Assembly: GCF_000829155.1 (NCBI RefSeq)
Contig: NZ_AP013293.1
Location: 60,001 to 92,000, forward strand
Source of the DNA: Candidatus Karelsulcia muelleri PSPU
GTDB lineage: Bacteria > Bacteroidota > Bacteroidia > Flavobacteriales > Blattabacteriaceae
DNA length: 32,000 nucleotides
Direction: 5' to 3'
Position numbers and translations under genes: made by a program. Positions 20,901-27,625 of the stretch are shown one piece after another; position 1 is the stretch's first letter; each line of letters begins with the position of its first letter. The notes under the pieces were generated by a model. It was not told the origin of the DNA and did not search any database. It was given only the letters and a program-made list of their open reading frames with translations.

Positions 20901-21741
20901 TATTTTCATTTAAAATAATATTTCTATTTAATATAATTTTAGATTTTTTTAATGAAATTATTTCTCCTGAATCTTCATCTATATAATCTTCATACCAAAT
21001 TTTGAATATTCTTTCCCCAAGAGTTCTTCCTAAAATTTTTTTTGAATTTTTTTTATTTATCTTTATTGTTTCTGTTATTTCAAATAAATTTAATATATCC
21101 CTTTCTTTAGAAAAACCTATTGCTCTAAGCAAAGTAGTAACAGGTATTTTTTTATTTTTTTCTATAAAAACATACATTACATTATGTATATCTGTTGAAA
21201 ATTCTATCCAAGATCCTTTAAAAGGAATAATTTTTGCAGAATAAAATTTTTTTCCATTGGAATGATAAGATTGATAAAAAAAAACACCAGGAGATCTCTG
21301 TAATTGAGAAACAACAACTCTTTCAGATCCATTAAAAATAAAAGATCCTGATGGAGTCATATATGGACATGTTCCTAAATAGACATCTTGATATATTGTT
21401 TCAAAATTTTTAATTTCTGATTTTGTACAATATAATTTTAATCTTGCTTTTATAGAAACACTATACGTTAAACCTCTTTTAAGACATTCTTCTAATGAAT
21501 ATCTAGGAGGATCTATTATATAATCTATAAATTCTAAAATAAATTTATTTTTAGCATCTGAGATCGGGAAATTTTCTATAAAAGCTTTATATAAACCTTC
21601 ATTTTTTCTATTTTTTAAGTTTGAATCAATTTTTAAAAAATTATTAAAAGATTTTAATTGAATTTCTAAAAAATCTGGATATTTCAATTTTGTTTTTACT
21701 GATGCAAAATTAATTTTTTTCATTTTTTTTTTTATATTCAT
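17908..21741 (-). CDS. rpoB: DNA-directed RNA polymerase subunit beta
   Basis: [57 protein letters not shown] and [14 protein letters not shown]. Confidence 0.99.
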   Translation of the reverse strand: [1277 protein letters not shown]

Positions 21742-21818
21742 AATTCTATTTACTTTATATGAAATATATATAATTTTGTTTTTATTAAAGTAAATAATAA
21801 TTTTTTTTAAAAAAAAAA

Positions 21819-22193
21819 TTAATTGAATTCAATTTCAGCACCTATATATTCAAATTTTTTTTTTAATAATTCTGCTTCTTCTTTATTTAGAGATTCTTTT
21901 ATAGTTTTTGGAACAGAATCTACTAAGTCTTTAGACTCTTTAAGTCCCTTACCAGTAATTTCTTTTATTAATTTAACTACTGCTAATTTGGATGGTCCAG
22001 ATGATTTAAGAATAACATTAAATGTTTTTTTTTCTACTTTAGTTTCTAAATTTTTATTATTTGTTATATGTTCTTCATCATAAATTTTATTAGATACTAA
22101 TCCATAATCTATTTTCAATAGATTTGATAATTCATTTACTTCTTTTACTGTTAAATTTACTAATTTATTGGCTAATTTTTTTATATCTGTCAT
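21819..22193 (-). CDS. rplL: 50S ribosomal protein L7/L12
   Basis: C-terminal domain FNVILKSSGPSKLAVVKLIKEITGKGLKESKDLVDSVPKTIKE; in the canonical cluster. Confidence 0.96.
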   Translation of the reverse strand: MTDIKKLANKLVNLTVKEVNELSNLLKIDYGLVSNKIYDEEHITNNKNLETKVEKKTFNVILKSSGPSKLAVVKLIKEITGKGLKESKDLVDSVPKTIKESLNKEEAELLKKKFEYIGAEIEFN

Positions 22194-22202
22194 TTTTTAT
22201 TA

Positions 22203-22709
22203 TTATTTTTTTAATAAATAAAATATAATATTATATATTTTATTTTTACTATTTAATAATAAAAATAAATTAAATAATTCAGATTTAAGCATAAAAATAA
22301 TGTCTAATATTAATTCGTTTTTTGATTTAATATTGATTAAAGTATTTAATGAAATCTCTCCGAGATATAACATATCTTCTATATAAGCTGCTTTTAAATA
22401 TTCTTTTTTTAAAGAAAATTTTTTTTTAAAATTATTTATCAATATTGCTGGATAATTATTTATATTAGATGTCATTAAAGCTGTAGGACCTTTTAAGACT
22501 GGATAAAATTTTTCAAATTTTGAATTTTTTATGGCTTTTTTAAATAATGTATTTTTTACAAATTTTAATTTGATTTGTTTATCATAACAATTTTTTCTCA
22601 AATCAAAAATTTGATTAGAAGTTAACCCAGATAAATCAACTAAATAAATAGAATTATTATTCTCAATATAATTTGAGATTAATTTTATTATTTTTTTTTT
22701 TTTTATCAT
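22203..22709 (-). CDS. rplJ: 50S ribosomal protein L10
   Basis: YLVDLSGLTSNQIFDLRKNCYDKQIKLKFVKNTLFKKAI...LKGPTALM; between rplA and rplL. Confidence 0.93.
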   Translation of the reverse strand: MIKKKKIIKLISNYIENNNSIYLVDLSGLTSNQIFDLRKNCYDKQIKLKFVKNTLFKKAIKNSKFEKFYPVLKGPTALMTSNINNYPAILINNFKKKFSLKKEYLKAAYIEDMLYLGEISLNTLINIKSKNELILDIIFMLKSELFNLFLLLNSKNKIYNIIFYLLKK

Positions 22710-22712
22710 ATA

Positions 22713-23384
22713 TTATAAATCTTGTATATTTACTGAAATACTAGGCCCCATAGTACTAGATAAATATATTTTTTTAAAAAAAATACCTTTAGAGGTTGAT
22801 GGTTTTAATTTTTTTAAAACATTAATTAATTCTGAAACATTTTTTTTAATTTTTTCAAAACCAAATGAAACTTTTCCAATGGAAGTATGTATTATTCCAT
22901 ATCTATCTACTTTAAATTCTATTTTTCCAGACTTTATTTCATTTATAGATTTATTTGGATTTTTAGTTACTGTTCCTGTTTTAGGATTAGGCATTAAACC
23001 TCTAGGACCTAATATTTTTCCTAATGCACCTAATTTTAACATTACTGATGGAATTGTTACTATAACATCAAATTCTAACCATCCATTTTTTATTTTATTT
23101 ATATAATTATCTAATCCTATAAAATCAGCTCCAGAATTTTTTATTTCTTTTTCTCTTTCTGTAGGAATTAAAGCTAATACACGAACAATTTTTCCAGTAC
23201 CATATGGTAAATTAACTGTTCCACGTATCAATTGATTAGGTTTTTTAGGATCAACACCTAAACATATTGCAATATCAACAGAAGAATCAAATTTTGTAAA
23301 TTTTTTTTGTGTAACTAATTTTGATGCTTCATTTAAAGAATATTTGATCTTATAATCAATATTATTATATTTTTTTTTAACCAT
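22713..23384 (-). CDS. rplA: 50S ribosomal protein L1
   Basis: LGVDPKKPNQLIRGTVNLPYGTGKIVRV and LGKILGPRGLMPNPKTGTV. Confidence 0.97.
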   Translation of the reverse strand: MVKKKYNNIDYKIKYSLNEASKLVTQKKFTKFDSSVDIAICLGVDPKKPNQLIRGTVNLPYGTGKIVRVLALIPTEREKEIKNSGADFIGLDNYINKIKNGWLEFDVIVTIPSVMLKLGALGKILGPRGLMPNPKTGTVTKNPNKSINEIKSGKIEFKVDRYGIIHTSIGKVSFGFEKIKKNVSELINVLKKLKPSTSKGIFFKKIYLSSTMGPSISVNIQDL

Positions 23385-23386
23385 TT

Positions 23387-23812
23387 TTAATCCAATATTT
23401 CAATTCCCATTGATCTAGCGGTTCCAGCTACCATAGAAATGGCCGATTTAATATTAAAACAATTCATATCTATGATTTTATTTTTTGCAATATTTTTTAT
23501 TTCAAACCAAGTAATTTTTCCTACTTTAATTTTATTTGATTCTTTTGAACCTTTATCAATTTTACATAGTTCTAATAATTGTTTAGATACTGGAGGTTTT
23601 TTAATAATAAAATCAAAACTTTTATCATCATAAATACTTATAATAACTGGTAACAATTTTCCTTTATCATTTTGTGTGCTAAAATTATATTTTTTACAAA
23701 AATCCATTATATTTACACCAGCGGCTCCTAATGCCGGACCTATAGGAGGAGCTGGATTTGCTAATCCACCTTTTATTTGTAATTTTATTATTTTTATAAT
23801 TTTTTTATACAT
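23387..23812 (-). CDS. rplK: 50S ribosomal protein L11
   Basis: KLQIKGGLANPAPPIGPALGAAGVNIMDFCKKYN...AGTARSMGIEI. Confidence 0.98.
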   Translation of the reverse strand: MYKKIIKIIKLQIKGGLANPAPPIGPALGAAGVNIMDFCKKYNFSTQNDKGKLLPVIISIYDDKSFDFIIKKPPVSKQLLELCKIDKGSKESNKIKVGKITWFEIKNIAKNKIIDMNCFNIKSAISMVAGTARSMGIEILD

Positions 23813-23822
23813 AAAATTATGT

Positions 23823-24305
23823 TTAATTAATTTTTTTTATTTGTATTAAATTTAATTTTAATGTAGTTTTTCTATTAAAAATTAAAATTGATAATTCTAT
23901 TTTTTTTTTTTTTATTTTTTTTATAATTCCATTAAAATTTTTCAAAGGACCATCTATAATTTTAACAGTTTCTCCTATTATGTAGGTTGATTTTTTTATA
24001 TTATATAATAATCTCTTTATTTTTTTTTTTTTTATTTTAATTGGAATACAATTATTTTTTTTAAATAAAAAATTTATTACACCAGGTGTATGTTTTATGA
24101 TAAACATTAATTTGTAATTTAAATTAACTTCAATAAAAATATATCCAGGAATATAATTTATTTTTCCTTTTATAGGAATAATTAACTTTCCTATAAATTT
24201 TTTAAAATAAGAGTTTTTAATATTAATTTTTATATTTGATTTAATTTTTTTTTCTTTTCCAGGAATTGTTTGAATTACATACCATTTTTTTTTTATATAA
24301 TTCAT
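23823..24305 (-). CDS. nusG: Transcription termination/antitermination protein NusG
   Basis: KKKWYVIQTIPGKEKKI, YIPGYIFIEV, HTPGVINFL, and the KOW motif GETVKIIDGPLKNFNGII. Confidence 0.93.
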   Translation of the reverse strand: MNYIKKKWYVIQTIPGKEKKIKSNIKINIKNSYFKKFIGKLIIPIKGKINYIPGYIFIEVNLNYKLMFIIKHTPGVINFLFKKNNCIPIKIKKKKIKRLLYNIKKSTYIIGETVKIIDGPLKNFNGIIKKIKKKKIELSILIFNRKTTLKLNLIQIKKIN

Positions 24306-24306
24306 A

Positions 24307-24464
24307 TTATTTAAAGAAATTAGAAATAATATCGAAAATCAAAATTAGAACAGATAAAATTATACTTATTAAAATAATATATATAATTTCAGTGAAAATT
24401 TCTTTCACTTTTGAGTGATTTATATAATTATTATAAATTTTTAGTATTTTATTTATTCTATTCA
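24307..24464 (-). CDS. secE: Candidate preprotein translocase subunit SecE; start codon unresolved (no in-frame ATG)
   Basis: Not in the ORF track. The frame open from 24447 to 24307 reads ILKIYNNYINHSKVKEIFTEIIYIILISIILSVLILIFDIISNFFK*, one C-terminal TM helix as in SecE, in the canonical slot between nusG and tRNA-Trp/tuf. The candidate ATG at 24464 reads MNRINKY* and is out of frame by one base. Confidence 0.65.
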
Positions 24465-24487
24465 TAAGAAATAATTTTCTTTAATAG

Positions 24488-24561
24488 CACGGGTGGTAAG
24501 AATCGAACTCACGACCTTTGGTTTTGGAGACCAATGCTCTAGCCTACTGAGCTACACCCGT
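24488..24561 (-). tRNA. tRNA-Trp (CCA)
   Basis: Acceptor ACGGGTG/CACCCGT, anticodon arm TTGGT-CTCCAAA-ACCAA, T-arm GTGAG-TTCGATT-CTTAC, discriminator G. Confidence 0.96.
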
Positions 24562-24569
24562 TATAATTA

Positions 24570-25754
24570 TTAAAGTATTTTAATAACTTGTCCTGCTCCA
24601 ACTGTACGACCTCCTTCACGTATTGCAAATCGTAAACCTTCACTTAATGCAACAGGTTGTAAAAGCTCTACTTCTACAGAAATATTATCTCCAGGCATTA
24701 CCATTTCTACATTATTTAATAAAAATATAGTTCCTGTAACATCTGTAGTTCTTAAATAAAATTGAGGTTTATATTTATTATGAAAAGGAGTATGACGTCC
24801 TCCTTCTTCTTTTTTTAATATATATATTTGAGCATTAAATTTTTTATGAGGAGTTATATAACCATGTTTTGATATAACCATTCCCCTACGTATATCTTTT
24901 TTTTCTATTCCTCTTAATAATAATCCTACATTATCTCCAGCTTGTCCTTTATCTAAAATTTTTCTAAACATTTCTACTCCTGTAACTATAGAATTTAGTT
25001 TTTCTACTCCCATACCTATTATTTCTATAGAATCTCCTGTATTTATAATTCCTGTTTCTATACGTCCTGTAGCTACAGTTCCACGTCCTGTTATAGTAAA
25101 AACATCTTCAATTGGCATTAAAAATGGTTTTTCTATATCTCTTATAGGTTCTTTAATATAATCATCTACAGCTTTCATAAGTTCTTCTACTTTTTTAACC
25201 CATTTTTCTTCTCCATTTAAAGCTCCTAAAGCTGAACCTTGTATAATTGGAATATTTTCTCCATCATATTCATATTTAGACAATAATTCTCTTATTTCAA
25301 TTTCAACTAATTCTAATATTTCGGGATCATCTACCTGATCTACTTTATTCATAAAAACAACTAAATTAGGCACTCCTACTTGACGAGCTAATAAAATATG
25401 TTCTCTTGTTTGAGGCATTGGTCCATCTGTTGCAGCTACTACTAAAATTGCTCCATCCATTTGAGCTGCACCTGTAACCATATTTTTAACATAATCAGCA
25501 TGTCCAGGACAATCAACATGAGCATAATGACGTTTTTCAGTTTGATATTCGACATGTGAAGTATTTATTGTAATTCCTCTTTCTTTTTCTTCAGGAGCAT
25601 TATCAATTGAACTAAAATCTTTTGCAACAGCAAGTCCTTTTTTTGAAAAAACTGTTGTTATTGAAGCAGTTAAAGTTGTTTTTCCGTGATCTACATGACC
25701 TATTGTACCTATATTTAAATGAGGTTTATCACGTCTAAATATTTCTTTTGCCAT
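24570..25754 (-). CDS. tuf: Elongation factor Tu
   Basis: [33 protein letters not shown]..., [16 protein letters not shown]. The true start is at 25754; the track's start at 25859 reads through tRNA-Thr. Confidence 0.98.
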   Translation of the reverse strand: MAKEIFRRDKPHLNIGTIGHVDHGKTTLTASITTVFSKKGLAVAKDFSSIDNAPEEKERGITINTSHVEYQTEKRHYAHVDCPGHADYVKNMVTGAAQMDGAILVVAATDGPMPQTREHILLARQVGVPNLVVFMNKVDQVDDPEILELVEIEIRELLSKYEYDGENIPIIQGSALGALNGEEKWVKKVEELMKAVDDYIKEPIRDIEKPFLMPIEDVFTITGRGTVATGRIETGIINTGDSIEIIGMGVEKLNSIVTGVEMFRKILDKGQAGDNVGLLLRGIEKKDIRRGMVISKHGYITPHKKFNAQIYILKKEEGGRHTPFHNKYKPQFYLRTTDVTGTIFLLNNVEMVMPGDNISVEVELLQPVALSEGLRFAIREGGRTVGAGQVIKIL

Positions 25755-25774
25755 TATATATAAATTTTTATAAA

Positions 25775-25847
25775 AGCCAATGACGGGATTTGAACCCGTG
25801 ACCTCTTTCTTACCAAGAAAGAACTCTACCAACTGAGCTACATTGGC
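25775..25847 (-). tRNA. tRNA-Thr (GGT)
   Basis: Acceptor GCCAATG/CATTGGC, anticodon arm CTTTC-TTGGTAA-GAAAG, T-arm ACGGG-TTCAAAT-CCCGT. Confidence 0.96.
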
Positions 25848-25863
25848 GAATGTAACCATTTAG

Positions 25864-25936
25864 AGCGGGAAACGGGATTTGAACCCGCGACATTCAACTT
25901 GGAAGGCTGATGCTCTACCAACTGAGCTATTCCCGC
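25864..25936 (-). tRNA. tRNA-Gly (TCC)
   Basis: Acceptor GCGGGAA/TTCCCGC, anticodon arm TCAGC-CTTCCAA-GTTGA, T-arm GCGGG-TTCAAAT-CCCGT. Confidence 0.96.
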
Positions 25937-25947
25937 AATAATTAATG

Positions 25948-26030
25948 TGGGGAGAGTAGGATTCGAACCCACGAAGGAATAATCCAGCAGATTTACAGTC
26001 TGTTCTCGTTAACCACTTGAGTATCTCCCC
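25948..26030 (-). tRNA. tRNA-Tyr (GTA), long variable arm
   Basis: Acceptor GGGGAGA/TCTCCCC, anticodon loop CTGTAAA, class II variable arm, T-loop TTCGAAT, discriminator A. Confidence 0.95.
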
Positions 26031-26039
26031 ATTTAATAG

Positions 26040-26113
26040 AGCCGATGGAGGGATTCGAACCCACGACCTCGAGATTACAAATCACGTGCTATAACCAACT
26101 AAGCTACATCGGC
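26040..26113 (-). tRNA. tRNA-Thr (TGT)
   Basis: Acceptor GCCGATG/CATCGGC, anticodon loop TTTGTAA, T-loop TTCGAAT, discriminator T. Stems contain U-U mismatches (see findings). Confidence 0.92.
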
Positions 26114-26162
26114 TTACGAAAAGTAGCAATATGATTTATATTAAAATATAAATAAATATACA

Positions 26163-26208
26163 CTTTTTTTATTTAAAAAAAAAATTCTTTTTTTATTTAA
26201 AAAAAAAT
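26163..26208. repeat. Two direct copies of CTTTTTTTATTTAAAAAAAAA in the divergent intergenic region
   Basis: Exact 21-nt copies at 26163-26183 and 26188-26208, each self-complementary (T7...A7+). Confidence 0.8.
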
Positions 26209-26250
26209 AATTTTATATTAAAAAAAAACTAATTTGATCATTAAAAATAT

Positions 26251-27570
26251 ATGAAAAAAAAAAAAAATTTTTTTTATATAACTATAATGTTTTCTTGTCT
26301 TATTTTTTTCAAAAATGGTAATACTCAATCTAATAAAGATTTAGAAAACGGAAAAAACTTATTTAAAATAAATTGTACAGCCTGTCATGCTTTAGATTTA
26401 AAAAAAAAATTAATTGGTCCTCCATTATATGGAATAAATGAAAAAAGAAACAAAGAATGGCTTCATAAATGGATAAAAAATAATAAAGAATTAATAAATT
26501 CTGGAGATAAAGAAGCTGTTGAAATATATAAAAAATATAATAAATCTGATATGACATTATTTCCTAAATTATCTACAAAAAATATAGATGATATATTATA
26601 TTTTATAAAAAATTATAATAAAAATATTATAAATAAAAATAATTTTAAAAAAAAAAACTATAGTTTTTTTAATCATTTTAACGATCCTTTTATTAAAATA
26701 ATTTTTTTGGGAATATTTCTTATAAGTTTAATTTTAATTAATTTTATATATAAATTAATTTATTTATTAAAAATAATAAAATATCCTTCTATTGAAGAAT
26801 TCATTTCTAAAAAAAAATATACTTTTATTGAAGATTCTTTTTATAAGAAAAAAATTATATTATTTTTCATAAAAAAAATATTAAAATTAAAAGAAATAAT
26901 AATTTTTATTCAAATTTTTTTTTCTTTTTTTGTTATATGGATTATATGGTTTTTTTTAATGAAAATAGATGTAAATAAAGGATATAAACCTAATCAACCT
27001 ATATTTTTTTCACATAAAATTCATTCTGGTATTAATAAAATACATTGTCAATATTGTCATTATAGTTCTTTATATAGTAAAATATCTGGTATTCCATCAT
27101 TAAATGTATGTATGAATTGTCATATATCAATTAATAGTTATAATGGAGATTATCTGTTAAAAAAAAAACAATTTATTGATAATGAAATAAAAAAGATATA
27201 TAAATATTTAGGATGGAATGAAGAAAAAATAAATTTTTATGAAAATAAATCTAATATAAAATGGATAAGAATCCATAATCTCCCGAAATTTGTTAATTTT
27301 AATCATTCTCAACACATTATTGTGGCTGGAAAAGAAATTAAAAAATCAAAAAATGTAGATTTAATATGTGAAGCTTGTCATGGATATGTTCAAAATATGG
27401 ATAAAGTTTTAATGTTTAATGATTTTACTATGGAATGGTGTATAAAATGTCATGTTAATACAAATATAAATTATAATAATAATTATTATTTAAATTATTA
27501 TAATCAAAATTATTTAAATAAAAAAATAAGTTCTTTAGGTGGAATAGAATGTGGAAAATGTCATTATTAA
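26251..27570 (+). CDS. actA: Multiheme cytochrome c, ActA-like subunit of alternative complex III, fused to an N-terminal monoheme cytochrome c domain
   Basis: Signal peptide plus six CXXCH sites: CTACH, CQYCH, CMNCH, CEACH, CIKCH, CGKCH. Located upstream of actB and actC. Confidence 0.88.
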   Translation: MKKKKNFFYITIMFSCLIFFKNGNTQSNKDLENGKNLFKINCTACHALDLKKKLIGPPLYGINEKRNKEWLHKWIKNNKELINSGDKEAVEIYKKYNKSDMTLFPKLSTKNIDDILYFIKNYNKNIINKNNFKKKNYSFFNHFNDPFIKIIFLGIFLISLILINFIYKLIYLLKIIKYPSIEEFISKKKYTFIEDSFYKKKIILFFIKKILKLKEIIIFIQIFFSFFVIWIIWFFLMKIDVNKGYKPNQPIFFSHKIHSGINKIHCQYCHYSSLYSKISGIPSLNVCMNCHISINSYNGDYLLKKKQFIDNEIKKIYKYLGWNEEKINFYENKSNIKWIRIHNLPKFVNFNHSQHIIVAGKEIKKSKNVDLICEACHGYVQNMDKVLMFNDFTMEWCIKCHVNTNINYNNNYYLNYYNQNYLNKKISSLGGIECGKCHY

Positions 27571-27625
27571 AAGAATAATATATTATATTATATAATATAA
27601 TATAATAATATAATAATATAAATTT

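Noticed and set aside
21002-21244. Plus-strand ORF inside rpoB
   Set aside because: Antisense shadow with no motif.
21823-23633. Plus-strand ORFs opposite rplL (21823-22083), rplA (22879-23106) and rplK (23439-23633)
   Set aside because: Antisense shadows of conserved ribosomal protein genes.
25755-25859. 35-aa N-terminal extension of EF-Tu ([35 protein letters not shown]) in the ORF track
   Set aside because: It is translation through tRNA-Thr(GGT) and the spacer. The conserved EF-Tu start MAKEIF is at 25754.
26363-26557. Antisense ORF in actA
   Set aside because: Low-complexity shadow; the sense strand has heme motifs.
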